From Nitrospirota bacterium (lineage in GTDB: Bacteria > Nitrospirota > Thermodesulfovibrionia > Thermodesulfovibrionales > Dissulfurispiraceae), in the NCBI GenBank assembly GCA_040758355.1, contig JBFLWF010000001.1, positions 160,001-224,000 on the forward strand: a DNA stretch of 64,000 nt, written 5' to 3'. Position 1 is the stretch's first letter, and every line of letters starts with the position of its first letter. The notes below the pieces were generated by a model that saw only the letters and a program-made list of their open reading frames with translations, was not told where the DNA came from and ran no database searches. This document shows, one piece after another, positions 38,811 to 51,825 of the stretch. The translations under genes were made by a program, and so were the position numbers.

Positions 38811-38912
38811 AACATATTGTATCTAAACCATCAGCACAAAAGTCAAGGAGGGACTGGGGAGGGAAATATCCCTGCATTTGACGAAGACAAGGGATTGGAG
38901 GGATTTAACGGG

Positions 38913-39038
38913 CTAACACCAATTGACTCTCGATATCAATCCACGGATGATTTCCAGCCGCTGCTTTAACGGATACTCAAAATATATGGAACTCTCCATG
39001 AGTATGGATACAATTTCTTTGATTTTCTGCCTTTCCAT
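38913..39038 (-). CDS. Small 41-aa hypothetical protein MERQKIKEIVSILMESSIYFEYPLKQRLEIIRGLISRVNWC
   Basis: SD aaggag 6 nt before ATG 39038; sigma28-like promoter upstream. Confidence 0.6.
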   Translation of the reverse strand: MERQKIKEIVSILMESSIYFEYPLKQRLEIIRGLISRVNWC

Positions 39039-39070
39039 GGCCAACTCCTTCGAATCCTTTCTTGCTTTAG

Positions 39071-39097
39071 TTATCGGGTAAAAAATAAAGTGCTTTA
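39071..39097 (-). promoter_or_regulatory. Sigma28 (FliA)-type promoter
   Basis: TAAA-N15-CCCGATAA versus consensus TAAA-N15-GCCGATAA. Confidence 0.6.
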
Positions 39098-39117
39098 GTT
39101 CAGAAAATACTTCCATT

Positions 39118-39461
39118 TGGTGGAGGCGGCGGGAATCGAACCCGCGTCCGAAAGTACTACTCTCAAGCCTCTACATGCTTATCCAGCCTATTTAATCTCG
39201 GATACCAGATTGCCGGCAGGCAGGCCTGCTGATATCCTATCCCTTAAGCTTTCGCTGGATTTAAAGGAGTCATCCAGCGGCAGCCTGCTGATCGACGCTG
39301 TCCCTGAAGCACAGGCAACCTCAGGGGAGCGTGCTGCTATTGGTTAAGCAGCGAGTGCCAGTTCGTTGTTGGCGTTTGTGTTTTTTCCATCTTTTTAGGT
39401 GGTGATGGAGCCACCGCATGCCACTTGAGCCTCATAACCCCCGTCGAGCCCTATCGCCCCC
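39118..39461 (-). ncRNA. ssrA: tmRNA, tag (A)ANNELALAA at 39373-39344
   Basis: 5' gggggcgatagggctcgacgg; 3' ggacgcgggttcgattcccgccgcctccacca; adjacent to smpB. Confidence 0.97.
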
Positions 39462-39463
39462 GG

Positions 39464-39499
39464 TTGAACAGCTTAAACCATTTAAACGGCTTGAACTGT
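39464..39499. repeat. 9-bp (TT[G/A]AACxxx)n intergenic array
   Basis: ttgaacagc ttaaaccat ttaaacggc ttgaactgt. Confidence 0.75.
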
Positions 39500-39518
39500 T
39501 ATTTATATAATAACATAT

Positions 39519-39974
39519 TTAGCGATTTTTCATCGCCTTTTCTATCGCCCTCTTTGCCTCCCGCTCTTTTATCGTCTCCCGTTTTTCGTATTGCCTCTTG
39601 CCTTTTGCAAGTCCTACCTCAACCTTTGCATAAGGGCCTTTGAAATATATCTTAAGCGGGATTAATGTATAACCCTTCTGCTGCATCTTGCCCCTTAATC
39701 TCTCTATCTCTTTCCTGTGAAGCAGGAGCTTCCTTGTTCTCAGGGGGTCGTGGTTCAAGATGTTTCCGTGAGAATAAGGGCTTATGTGGCAGTTGAGCAG
39801 AATGACCTCCGAGTCTTTAATCAGGACGTAGCTGTCTTTAAGGTTGGCCTTGCCATCTCTCAGGGACTTGACCTCTGTGCCTAAAAGCTGGATACCTGCC
39901 TCAACAGTCTCTTCAATGCTGTAGTCATGGTATGCCTTTCTGTTCTGGCATACTATTTTTATGTCCGGGCTCAC
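39519..39974 (-). CDS. smpB: SsrA-binding protein
   Basis: [33 protein letters not shown]. Confidence 0.98.
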   Translation of the reverse strand: MSPDIKIVCQNRKAYHDYSIEETVEAGIQLLGTEVKSLRDGKANLKDSYVLIKDSEVILLNCHISPYSHGNILNHDPLRTRKLLLHRKEIERLRGKMQQKGYTLIPLKIYFKGPYAKVEVGLAKGKRQYEKRETIKEREAKRAIEKAMKNR

Positions 39975-40059
39975 AATTATATGATAACAGTATTATGATT
40001 GAACTTTAAAGCCGTGTTTCATTATAATTCAGGGCAGCTATAAAAGAGCGGAGGTTTTT

Positions 40060-40485
40060 ATGAAGAGGCTTTTGGTTTATGCAATCATAGCATTTGTTTT
40101 TGTTGCTTCATGCGGTAAAGGCGAGGTCAAAAAGGTATCCGAGGATTCAAAGATGGCAACAGAGGCATTCTCCCTTGCTGAAAAGATAAGGGAATCATAT
40201 GCAAAAAAAGACCTATCGACCATTGAAAAGAACTCAACGAGGGAGGGATTCAGGACAATCAGCAGTGCCTTTAAAACCTTTGATTCTGTTGACCTTACAT
40301 TCAGTCCGGTGTGGGTTGAAATAGAAGACAATGTGGTGCATCTCAATATCTCATGGAAAGGCACATGGCAGAAGGGCGGAAAGACCACCGAAGAGAGAGG
40401 CATGGCAGTGTTTGTTTTAAAGGGCAGGCCTCTTAAGGTGGACAACATACTCAGGGCAAATCCATTCAGGTATCCGGCAGATTAG
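40060..40485 (+). CDS. Putative lipoprotein
   Basis: Signal peptide with VASC lipobox; SD ggagg. Confidence 0.75.
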   Translation: MKRLLVYAIIAFVFVASCGKGEVKKVSEDSKMATEAFSLAEKIRESYAKKDLSTIEKNSTREGFRTISSAFKTFDSVDLTFSPVWVEIEDNVVHLNISWKGTWQKGGKTTEERGMAVFVLKGRPLKVDNILRANPFRYPAD

Positions 40486-40489
40486 TTTT

Positions 40490-41173
40490 TTAGTGATGTA
40501 TCCACGTGCCTTGTCGCGTAGGCATTTTTAGTGCCTGTTTTAGCATTTTCATAAATTCGGAGCGGGGGATTTCCTTTGCACCGAGGCTTATCAGATGCCC
40601 TGTTGTTACCTGACAGTCAATCAATCCGAAACCCCACTTTATCGATTGCTGGATAAGGTGCACAAAGGCGACCTTAGAGGCATTGGACTTTTTGCTGAAC
40701 ATGGACTCTCCGAAAAAAGCTCCTCCCAGCGATACTCCATAGAGACCCCCGGCCAATTCACCCTCATGCCAGCTCTCAACAGAATGGGCAAATCCTGAAT
40801 TGTGAAGATTTATATAAGCATCTATCATTTTTTCTGTAATCCATGTCCCGTTATGCCTTTTCTTATGCACGCCCGCGCAACTTTTTATAACATCTTCAAA
40901 GGCATTGTCCATCGTTATTTTAAATGTGTTTTTATTGATAACCTGTCTTAGACTCCTCGATATTTTGAGTTCTTCAGGTATCATTACGAGGCGAGGATCT
41001 GGAGACCACCATAATATTGGAGAGTCTTCAGAATACCAGGGGAAAATTCCCATGGAGTAGGCAAGCAAAAGGCGCTCTTCGCTGAGATCGCCTCCTACTG
41101 CCAGAAGACCATCTGGTTCTGAGAATTCAATGGGTGGAAAAATAAGTTTTTCGGATAACTGAAAGACAGGCAT
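40490..41173 (-). CDS. aat: Leucyl/phenylalanyl-tRNA-protein transferase
   Basis: [33 protein letters not shown]. Confidence 0.96.
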   Translation of the reverse strand: MPVFQLSEKLIFPPIEFSEPDGLLAVGGDLSEERLLLAYSMGIFPWYSEDSPILWWSPDPRLVMIPEELKISRSLRQVINKNTFKITMDNAFEDVIKSCAGVHKKRHNGTWITEKMIDAYINLHNSGFAHSVESWHEGELAGGLYGVSLGGAFFGESMFSKKSNASKVAFVHLIQQSIKWGFGLIDCQVTTGHLISLGAKEIPRSEFMKMLKQALKMPTRQGTWIHH

Positions 41174-41185
41174 AAAAGATTGTTT

Positions 41186-41389
41186 TTATTTACAAGAACT
41201 GCAGGAACTTGAACTGCATGAAGAACATCCGGAGGATGTCTGGTGTTCCACACCGCTCATGCCGAAAACAGAGAATTTTTTTTTGACATTTTCTGCTCTG
41301 CATACGGGACAGGTTACTTTTGAGTTGCCGAAAACGAGCTTTTCGAATTCATGTCCGCATTTATCGCATTTATATTCAAAAATTGGCAT
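41186..41389 (-). CDS. FmdB-family zinc-ribbon protein
   Basis: [20 protein letters not shown]; Cys/Ser tail. Confidence 0.9.
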   Translation of the reverse strand: MPIFEYKCDKCGHEFEKLVFGNSKVTCPVCRAENVKKKFSVFGMSGVEHQTSSGCSSCSSSSCSSCK

Positions 41390-41471
41390 AATCCATTATA
41401 ACATAGTGCTTGAATTATTAAACAAAATCATTTATGGTAATAAAAACAATAATAATGTGGAGGAAATTTTT

Positions 41472-41711
41472 ATGGGAGGGAATAAGGGCCAGAATCTTCA
41501 GGACAGCTTCCTAAACCAGTTGAGAAAGGAAAAGATCCCTGTAGTGGTTTATCTCACGAATGGCGTCAGATTAAAAGGCGTAATCAAGGGATTTGACAAT
41601 TTCGTTGTCTTGCTTAAAGAGGCGAACGAACAGCTTATCTACAAACATGCCATATCTACAGTCGTTCCTGAAAAGAGCGTGGATATCAGGTTCGAAAATC
41701 CTGAAGAGTAG
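41472..41711 (+). CDS. hfq: RNA chaperone Hfq
   Basis: [33 protein letters not shown]. Confidence 0.97.
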   Translation: MGGNKGQNLQDSFLNQLRKEKIPVVVYLTNGVRLKGVIKGFDNFVVLLKEANEQLIYKHAISTVVPEKSVDIRFENPEE

Positions 41712-41727
41712 CAGGAGGTATTAATCG

Positions 41728-42393
41728 ATGCTAAAGACCATGAGAAAACATGCAAAATTCTTTTATTTTCTGTTTTTCATTGTAATTCTCTCCTTTATAT
41801 TCTGGGGAGTTGGCACTCTCGATAAGCCTACTGCTGTGAGCGTTGCCGAAATAGGCAAGGAGAAGATTACTGTTGAGGAGTACTGGAGGGCATACGAGAA
41901 TGTAAGGCAGCAATTAAGGGATATTTATAAAGAAAAGTTTAATGAAGAGATGGAAAAGAGCCTGAAACTCAAAGAGACGGTACTTAACAGTCTCATAGAT
42001 GAGAGGGTGCTTTTGATTTCGGCTGCAGAATTGGGAGTAAAGGTGACAGATAAGGAACTTCAGGATGCAATTGTGAATGACCCTCGGTTTATGAGGGACG
42101 GCATTTTCCGGAAGGATGTATATTTCAGAACCCTTGATCTCAACAGGCTTACACCCGAGATGTTTGAGAACTCAATGAGACAACAGCTTACGCTTATTAA
42201 GATGAGGAGGTTCATCGCATCTACCATCGATATAAATCCGCTGGATTTGAAGGGCGTAGCGGGTGATGAGAAGAAGGTTAATGAGGCAAGGCAGGCAATA
42301 CTTGCGGATAAAAGCAATGCAGCCATAAAGTCTTATGTGGACAGCGTAAAGCAGAGGATGAAGTTCAAGGTCAATATGGACCTCATATCTTAG
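41728..42393 (+). CDS. SurA/PpiD N-terminal-domain membrane-anchored chaperone
   Basis: MLKTMRK..FIFWGVG, VAEIG..IT, LIDERVLL. Confidence 0.85.
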   Translation: MLKTMRKHAKFFYFLFFIVILSFIFWGVGTLDKPTAVSVAEIGKEKITVEEYWRAYENVRQQLRDIYKEKFNEEMEKSLKLKETVLNSLIDERVLLISAAELGVKVTDKELQDAIVNDPRFMRDGIFRKDVYFRTLDLNRLTPEMFENSMRQQLTLIKMRRFIASTIDINPLDLKGVAGDEKKVNEARQAILADKSNAAIKSYVDSVKQRMKFKVNMDLIS

Positions 42394-42431
42394 CTATATC
42401 CCTTTTGGAAATGCACAAAAACATGTTATAA

Positions 42432-45456
<3,025 letters not shown>

Positions 45457-45457
<1 letters not shown>

Positions 45458-46359
45458 TGGACATAAAGGCCTACCTTAAAGAAAAAAAAACACTGATAGA
45501 CTCATTCCTTGAGTCGTATTTTTCTGCACCTATCAATCCCAGGACACTGCAAGATTCTATGACATATTCCCTTTCTGCTGGAGGGAAAAGGATAAGGCCT
45601 GTTTTATGCATCGCAGCATACGAGGCATGCGCCAAAGACAACAAAGTTAAGGCAGGAGACATAATCCCCTATGCCTCTGCCCTTGAGTTCATACACACTT
45701 ATTCATTAATACACGATGACCTCCCTGCAATGGACAATGATGACCTCAGGCGCGGAAAGCCAACAAATCATAAGGTTTTTGGCGAGGGCATGGCCATTTT
45801 AGCAGGGGACGGCTTGTTAACAGAGGCCTTTTATTTGCTGTCCAACAATACCCATAATGTTTCTCACTTTTCACCTTATGCAATTTTAAAAGTAATTCGC
45901 GAGATTGCCATGGCAGCAGGTGCGCACGGAATGGTGGGAGGCCAGGCACAGGATTTATTATCAGAGGATGCAGAGCCTGATGCAGAAACACTATCTTTCA
46001 TACATAGCCACAAGACCGCTGCACTCATAACGGTCTCTGTCCGTTCAGGGGGCATACTGGCAAACTGCAGCGACCACGAATTGTTCAGGCTCACGAAATA
46101 CGGAGAGAATATAGGGTTAGCATTTCAGGTTATTGATGATATACTTGATGTAGAAGGAGAGACAGAGGTAATAGGCAAGCCCAAAGGCTCTGATGAAAAG
46201 AAAAAGAAGATGACTTATCCCAGGCTTTATGGCATAGATAAGTCGAGGGAAAAGGCAAAGGAACTGATTAATGGTGCAATCAATTCGCTGGAGACTTTTG
46301 ATGAAAAGGCAGAGCCATTGAGGGCTATCGCAAGGTATATGCTTGAAAGGAAAAGTTAG
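45457..46359 (+). CDS. ispA: Farnesyl/geranyl diphosphate synthase
   Basis: GGKRIRP, IHDDLPAMDNDDLRRG, FQVIDDILD. Confidence 0.93.
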
Positions 46360-46451
46360 GCTTATGTTTATATATGTCAAGTACAGCTCAAAGCCACCTC
46401 TTTTTGCCGCACCTGACATATATTTTCTGAATTAGGATAGCTCAATTTTGG
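46353..46451. repeat. Internally deleted copy of the ~210-bp palindromic element
   Basis: tatatgtcaagtacagctcaaag..gcacctgacatatatttt..ttaggatagctcaattttgg. Confidence 0.75.
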
Positions 46452-46457
46452 TTTAAA

Positions 46458-48440
46458 ATGTTTATAGAGAAAATAAAATCCCCGCAGGACTTAAAATCCC
46501 TCAAGACAGAAGACCTGAATGCCCTTGCCGAGGAACTGCGAAATGTAATCATTGAAAGGGTTTCCATTAATGGCGGGCATCTTGCATCTAATTTAGGAGT
46601 TGTGGAACTGACCATAGCACTCCATTATGTCTTTAATTCCCCTGAAGACAAGATTGTCTGGGATGTGGGACATCAGTCATACTCCCATAAGCTTTTAACA
46701 GGAAGATTTCATATTTTCCATACGCTCAGGAAATATAAGGGATTATCAGGGTTTCCGAAGATTTCAGAAAGTCCCCATGATGCCTTTGGCACTGGACACA
46801 GTTCCACTTCCATATCCGCTGCTATTGGAATACTGGAGGCGAGGGACATTATTAAAAAATTTCAAATTTCAAATCTCAGATTTCAAATTCCCAATAAGGT
46901 TATAGCAGTTATAGGCGATGGCGCTTTAACATCAGGACTGGCGTTTGAAGGACTTAATCATGCAGGGCATCTCAAAAAAGACCTTATCGTAATTCTCAAT
47001 GACAACGAGATGTCCATATCTCCGAATGTTGGAGCCTTGTCCAACTATCTTAATAAGGTCTTGACAGGTACATTCTACAAAAAATTCAAGAAAGAGACAA
47101 AGGCATTTTTGGAAGGCATTCCCAAGATCGGAGAAACAGTCGCAAAGATTGCCCAGAAGGCAGAAGGCAGCATGAAGGGATTTTTCCTGCCAGGAGGATT
47201 GTTTGAGGATCTTGGATTTAATTATTTAGGCCCAATCGACGGCCATGATATACCATTACTGATCGAAACATTAAACAGCATTAAAGATGCGAATGAGCCG
47301 ACATTAATTCATGTAGTAACCAAGAAAGGCAAAGGATACAAGTTTTCAGAGGAAGACCCGTGCATATATCATGGAGTGGGGCCATTTGAGGCAGATACGG
47401 GAATACAGAAAGAAGGGTCAGGGGTCAAAGGTCAAGGGTCAAAGGCCGAAGAAAACTTGGAAAACTTGCCTGTTGTCCATTGCATCTCGCCGCTTGCATA
47501 CAGCGATGTATTCGGTAATGCACTTATGGAAATTGCAGAGGCTGATAAAAGGGTTGTAGCTATAACTGCTGCAATGAAAGAGGGGACAGGCCTTGCAACA
47601 TTTGCTGAGAGATTTCCAGAAAGATTTTATGATGTGGGCATTGCAGAGCCCCATACAGTAACCTTTGCAGCAGGCCTTGCAGCACAGGGATTAAAGCCGG
47701 TTGTGGCAATATACTCCACATTCATCCAGAGGGCTTATGATGAAATTATCCATGATGTCTGCCTCCAGAACCTCCCTGTTGTATTTGCCATAGACAGGGC
47801 AGGTATAGTTGGCGAGGACGGCGCAACGCATCAGGGTCTGTTCGACATATCATTTCTGAGGCATATCCCAAATCTCTTGTTTATGGCCCCAAAAGACGGG
47901 CAGGAATTGAAAGACATGCTTAAGTTCGCAGTTCAGTATAATGGCCCTTCAGTCATAAGGTATCCGAGGGGAAAGGTGAGTCAGGAGTCAAGAGTTAAGA
48001 GTCAAGAGTCAGAAATAATAAGGGGGAAATTCGAAATTTTGATGGAAGGTGATGATGTAGCAATCATTGCTGTGGGTAATGCAGTGCATCCATCATTGAA
48101 GGCGGCAGAGATGTTGAAGGGAGATGGCATAAATGCCTGCGTTGTAAATGCACGGTTCATCAAGCCCCTTGATGAGGAACTCATAATATCAATGTCAGAG
48201 AGGACAAAGAGAATAATTACTGTAGAAGAGAATGTCCTTGCAGGAGGCTTTGGCTCAGCGGTTCTTGAATGCGTAAACAAGGCAGGATTGACGGATATTG
48301 CAGTCAAAAGAATCGGCATAGATGACGAATTCGTAGAGCACGGCTCTCAGGGAATCCTGAGAAAAGAATACGGTCTTGACGAAGATGGAATATATAAAAC
48401 TGCACTGGCATTTCTGAGCCAACATTGTGCAAGGCTATAA
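46458..48440 (+). CDS. dxs: 1-deoxy-D-xylulose-5-phosphate synthase
   Basis: GGHLASNLG, WDVGHQ, GHSSTSIS, GDGA..LNDN, DRAG..GEDG.THQG. Confidence 0.98.
   Translation: MFIEKIKSPQDLKSLKTEDLNALAEELRNVIIERVSINGGHLASNLGVVELTIALHYVFNSPEDKIVWDVGHQSYSHKLLTGRFHIFHTLRKYKGLSGFPKISESPHDAFGTGHSSTSISAAIGILEARDIIKKFQISNLRFQIPNKVIAVIGDGALTSGLAFEGLNHAGHLKKDLIVILNDNEMSISPNVGALSNYLNKVLTGTFYKKFKKETKAFLEGIPKIGETVAKIAQKAEGSMKGFFLPGGLFEDLGFNYLGPIDGHDIPLLIETLNSIKDANEPTLIHVVTKKGKGYKFSEEDPCIYHGVGPFEADTGIQKEGSGVKGQGSKAEENLENLPVVHCISPLAYSDVFGNALMEIAEADKRVVAITAAMKEGTGLATFAERFPERFYDVGIAEPHTVTFAAGLAAQGLKPVVAIYSTFIQRAYDEIIHDVCLQNLPVVFAIDRAGIVGEDGATHQGLFDISFLRHIPNLLFMAPKDGQELKDMLKFAVQYNGPSVIRYPRGKVSQESRVKSQESEIIRGKFEILMEGDDVAIIAVGNAVHPSLKAAEMLKGDGINACVVNARFIKPLDEELIISMSERTKRIITVEENVLAGGFGSAVLECVNKAGLTDIAVKRIGIDDEFVEHGSQGILRKEYGLDEDGIYKTALAFLSQHCARL
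46857..46890. repeat. (AAATTTC)n array in dxs
   Basis: Encodes KFQISNLRFQI. Confidence 0.9.
47414..47447. repeat. (AGGGTCA)n array in the dxs linker
   Basis: Encodes GSGVKGQGSKA. Confidence 0.88.
47978..48013. repeat. (GAGTCAA)n array in the dxs linker
   Basis: Encodes SQESRVKSQES. Confidence 0.9.
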
Positions 48441-48456
48441 TGGTCATAATCTGTAT

Positions 48457-48666
48457 CTAAGTTGAGTGATTTTTATATGTCAGTTACTGCTCAAAGACTT
48501 TAAAAAGTGTTGATTCAAGTGCATACGAGAGATTTTAAATATATTATTCATCAAGTATCCAATGTAGTAGATGACGGATGCAAGATAAATGTTTTTACAA
48601 GTGCGTGGTTTGAAGTCTTTTCGCAGCACCTGACATATATTTTTAGATTAGAATCGCTCAATTTGG
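48457..48666. mobile_element. ~210-bp non-coding palindromic (MITE-like) element, copy 1
   Basis: Long nested inverted repeats; highly similar to 50619-50835. Confidence 0.7.
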
Positions 48667-48673
48667 GTACAAA

Positions 48674-49411
48674 ATGAAATCCCGTCTCGATAAAATCATT
48701 GTTGACAAAGGCATTGCACCAAGCCGTGAACGCGCGCAGGCGCTTATCATGGAAGGCAGGGTTTTTGTTGGCGGCATTCCTGTTACTAAGGCTGGGGCGA
48801 TGGTTGACGAAGGCGCAGCAGTCGAACTAAAGGGTGAAGATATCCCGTATGTCAGCCGAGGAGGCCTTAAGCTTGAGGCAGCAATCAGGCATTTCAATAT
48901 ATCGATGAAAGAAAAAATTGCAATGGATGTGGGATCTTCGACAGGCGGATTTACAGACTGTATGCTTCAGAATGGTGTCAAAAAGGTTTATTGCATCGAT
49001 GTCGGATACGGACAGCTTGCATGGAAGCTGAGACAGGACCCAAGGGTTGTGCTTATTGAGAGGACGAATATACGCTACCTCGAAAGGGAGAGGGTTCCCG
49101 AAGATATAGACATCGTAACCATCGATGTATCATTCATATCACTAATAAAAGTTGTGCCAAATGTATTAGAGTTTCTGAAAGAGAACGGAGAGATTATAGC
49201 CCTCATAAAACCGCAGTTCGAGGTTGGAAAGGGAGAAGTGGGCAAGGGAGGCATCGTAAAGGATGAGGCAAAGAGGTTAAAGGCTGTGGATCGTGTGAAG
49301 GAAAATCTCGATGCCCTCGGGCTTCAGACTATCGGGGTGATGCAGTCGCCAATCCCCGGCCAGAAGGGCAATATCGAATATCTTATTTATATGAAAAGGC
49401 ACACTATATAA
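48674..49411 (+). CDS. tlyA: TlyA-family rRNA 2'-O-methyltransferase
   Basis: S4 domain RLD..SRERA; YVSRGGLKL, DVGSSTGGFTD, KPQFE. Confidence 0.95.
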   Translation: MKSRLDKIIVDKGIAPSRERAQALIMEGRVFVGGIPVTKAGAMVDEGAAVELKGEDIPYVSRGGLKLEAAIRHFNISMKEKIAMDVGSSTGGFTDCMLQNGVKKVYCIDVGYGQLAWKLRQDPRVVLIERTNIRYLERERVPEDIDIVTIDVSFISLIKVVPNVLEFLKENGEIIALIKPQFEVGKGEVGKGGIVKDEAKRLKAVDRVKENLDALGLQTIGVMQSPIPGQKGNIEYLIYMKRHTI

Positions 49412-49481
49412 TATGTTGGAATTTATTATATAATATTCACTCCATTGGTAAGTGGGATAGTAAATTAACCGGAGTTAAGAG

Positions 49482-50615
49482 ATGGAAATGCCTTCTGATT
49501 TTGTAAAAAAATCGACATGGAATAAGGTGCTTAATTATATAGCATTAAGCGATGAGCTTCCTCCATATCTTCTTGTGGATAAAGAGGTTGTGAAGGAGAA
49601 GGTCGCTGTCATAGGCAAGAATATCAAAAACTCAAAGGTATTTTATGCTGTCAAGGCTAATCCCGATGTGGAGGTCTTGAGATTTCTGAACAGCCTCGGC
49701 ACAGGTTTTGAAATTGCATCAGAGGGAGAATTGCAGATACTTGCCTCACTTGGTGTCGAGCCTGAAAGGATTATAACGAGCAATCCAATGAAGACCTTTA
49801 AATTCTTAGAGCAGGCAGTTGATTACGGGGTGAACTATTTTGCCTACGACTCAATGGTGGAGGTGGAAAAGCTCGCGAGGTATGCTCCTGGATGTAATGT
49901 GTATGTAAGATTATCTGTCCCGAACGAAGGAAGCGAATGGCCTTTAAGCAAGAAATTTGGGGTTGAGATTGATGTTGCATCGGAGCTGCTCGTGTATGCA
50001 AAGGAAAAAGGGCTTAATCCCGTAGGCATTACCTTTCACGTTGGCTCACAGTGCAATAATGTCTATAACTGGAACACTGCTGTTGATAAGGCCAGGGATC
50101 TCTGGGAGAATGCAGAACAGAACGGGATAAAACTTAGAATGCTCAACATCGGCGGCGGCTATCCGATCCGATACACAAAGAATGTGGTTGATGTGGAGAC
50201 GATAGAGAAAAAGGTCAATAAGGTCATATACCAGAAATTCCCCCAGGATATCGATATATTCATCGAGCCGGGGAGGGCTGTTGTCGGAGATGCGGGAATA
50301 TTTGTCTCCACGGTTATAGGCAAGGCAATGCGAGGGGACGAGAACTGGCTCTATATAGATGTGGGGGTTTTTAATGGATTGATGGAGAGTGTCGGAGGCA
50401 TTAAATATACCTATGTTGTTGGAAGCAGGAATGAGCCAAAGACATGGACTATTTCAGGGCCGAGCTGCGACAGCTTCGATGTTATAGACAAGGAGGTCGA
50501 ACTCCCTGAGCCTGAGGTGGGCAACAGGATACTGATACTTTCAAGCGGCGCATACACGATTTCGTATGCCTCGGAGTTTAACGGATTTTCGATACCGAAG
50601 ACGATTTTGATTTAA
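49482..50615 (+). CDS. Fold-type III PLP ornithine/lysine decarboxylase
   Basis: FYAVKAN, SKKFG, FHVGSQC, GGGYP, EPGR, GPSCDSFD, GAYT. Confidence 0.92.
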   Translation: MEMPSDFVKKSTWNKVLNYIALSDELPPYLLVDKEVVKEKVAVIGKNIKNSKVFYAVKANPDVEVLRFLNSLGTGFEIASEGELQILASLGVEPERIITSNPMKTFKFLEQAVDYGVNYFAYDSMVEVEKLARYAPGCNVYVRLSVPNEGSEWPLSKKFGVEIDVASELLVYAKEKGLNPVGITFHVGSQCNNVYNWNTAVDKARDLWENAEQNGIKLRMLNIGGGYPIRYTKNVVDVETIEKKVNKVIYQKFPQDIDIFIEPGRAVVGDAGIFVSTVIGKAMRGDENWLYIDVGVFNGLMESVGGIKYTYVVGSRNEPKTWTISGPSCDSFDVIDKEVELPEPEVGNRILILSSGAYTISYASEFNGFSIPKTILI

Positions 50616-50618
50616 ATA

Positions 50619-50861
50619 TAAGTTGAGCGATTTTAATATATGTCAGGCACTGTTCAAAGACTTTAAAAAGTGTTGGTTCAAGTGTATATGAGAGACAATA
50701 AATGCATCATCCATCAAGTATCCAATGTAGTAGATGACGGATACAAGATAAATGTTTTTACAAGTGCGTGGTTTAAAGTCTTTTCGCAGCACCTGACATA
50801 TATTTTTAAAATTAGATTAGAATCGCTCGACTTAGGTTAGATTAGAGTCATTCAATTTAGG
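50619..50861. mobile_element. ~215-bp palindromic (MITE-like) element, copy 2, with a duplicated right end
   Basis: taagttgagcgattttaat..attagaatcgctcgactta, then an extra ttagattagagtcattcaatttagg. Confidence 0.7.
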
Positions 50862-50881
50862 ACTAAAAGCAGGAGGATTTT

Positions 50882-51718
50882 ATGATCAAGTTTTTCGAAA
50901 AAGACCCATATGCCCCGATTCAATATGTGTATGAAGTTGAAAAGGTGCTGCATAAAAGCAAGAGCGAGTTTCAAGAGGTAATGGTTATCCAAAACCCCCA
51001 TTTTGGCAAGATGCTCATTCTCGACGGAGTTGTGCAGATAACTGAAAGGGATGAGCTTTTTTACCATGAGATGCTCGTCCATCCCGTTATGCACGCCCAT
51101 CCGAATCCAAAGAAGGTTATAGTTATAGGCGGCGGAGACGGAGGGACTGTCAGAGAGGTTTTGAAGCACGATTCTGTGGAAAAGGTCTATTTTATCGAGA
51201 TAGACGAAGATGTAATCAATGTATCAAAGGAGTTTTTCCCGACAGTGGCATGCGGAGTTGATGACAAGCGTGTGGAGATAAAGTGTATGGACGGCGCAGA
51301 ATTTGTAAAGGGAAGGGAAGGGGACATCGATGCCGTCATCGTTGACTCAACCGATATCGTGGGTTTTGCAAAAAGCCTGTTCACAGTCGAGTTCTTTAAA
51401 TCCGTTAAAGACTCCCTTACGGATGAAGGCATGTTCGTGACCCTTTCGGAGTCTCTCCATTTCCATAAAGACCTGGTAATCGAGGTTCAGGAGGCAATGA
51501 AGCTGATATTCCCGATTGTTGATCTTTACACCGCTTCCATAGCCACATATGCAGGCAACTGGTGGACATTCTCTGCAGCATCAAAGAAGCACGATTTGAG
51601 GCAGATGAGAAGGGAATATAAGACAGATACCAGATATTACAGCGATGAGATCCACCAGCAGGCGTTTATGCCGCCAAAGATGTATGAGAGGCTGATGCAG
51701 AGAAAGCTCCAGTGGTAA
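50882..51718 (+). CDS. speE: Polyamine aminopropyltransferase (spermidine synthase)
   Basis: LDGVVQ.TERDE..YHEM, IGGGDGG, EID, VDSTD. Confidence 0.93.
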   Translation: MIKFFEKDPYAPIQYVYEVEKVLHKSKSEFQEVMVIQNPHFGKMLILDGVVQITERDELFYHEMLVHPVMHAHPNPKKVIVIGGGDGGTVREVLKHDSVEKVYFIEIDEDVINVSKEFFPTVACGVDDKRVEIKCMDGAEFVKGREGDIDAVIVDSTDIVGFAKSLFTVEFFKSVKDSLTDEGMFVTLSESLHFHKDLVIEVQEAMKLIFPIVDLYTASIATYAGNWWTFSAASKKHDLRQMRREYKTDTRYYSDEIHQQAFMPPKMYERLMQRKLQW

Positions 51719-51728
51719 TGCTGTCTTC

Positions 51729-51758
51729 TTGACAGGAGCATTCCCTACTTGTTAAATT
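51729..51758 (+). promoter_or_regulatory. Sigma70 promoter of the hrcA operon
   Basis: TTGACA-N18-TAAATT immediately before CIRCE. Confidence 0.65.
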
Positions 51759-51759
51759 A

Positions 51760-51786
51760 TTAGCACTCTCATCATGAGAGTGCTAA
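51760..51786. promoter_or_regulatory. CIRCE operator
   Basis: Perfect TTAGCACTC-N9-GAGTGCTAA upstream of hrcA. Confidence 0.98.
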
Positions 51787-51825
51787 TAATTTGATTATCA
51801 GGTATCAGGCAGGGCGATAACGACG

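Noticed and set aside
38913..39118. Prophage or island integrated at the tmRNA 3' end
   Set aside because: No integrase and no duplicated ssrA 3' end seen in the window.
38558..39643. ORFs over the riboswitch and tmRNA (38558-38881, 38674-38877, 39117-39347, 39425-39643)
   Set aside because: They overlap structured RNAs or smpB and lack coding features.
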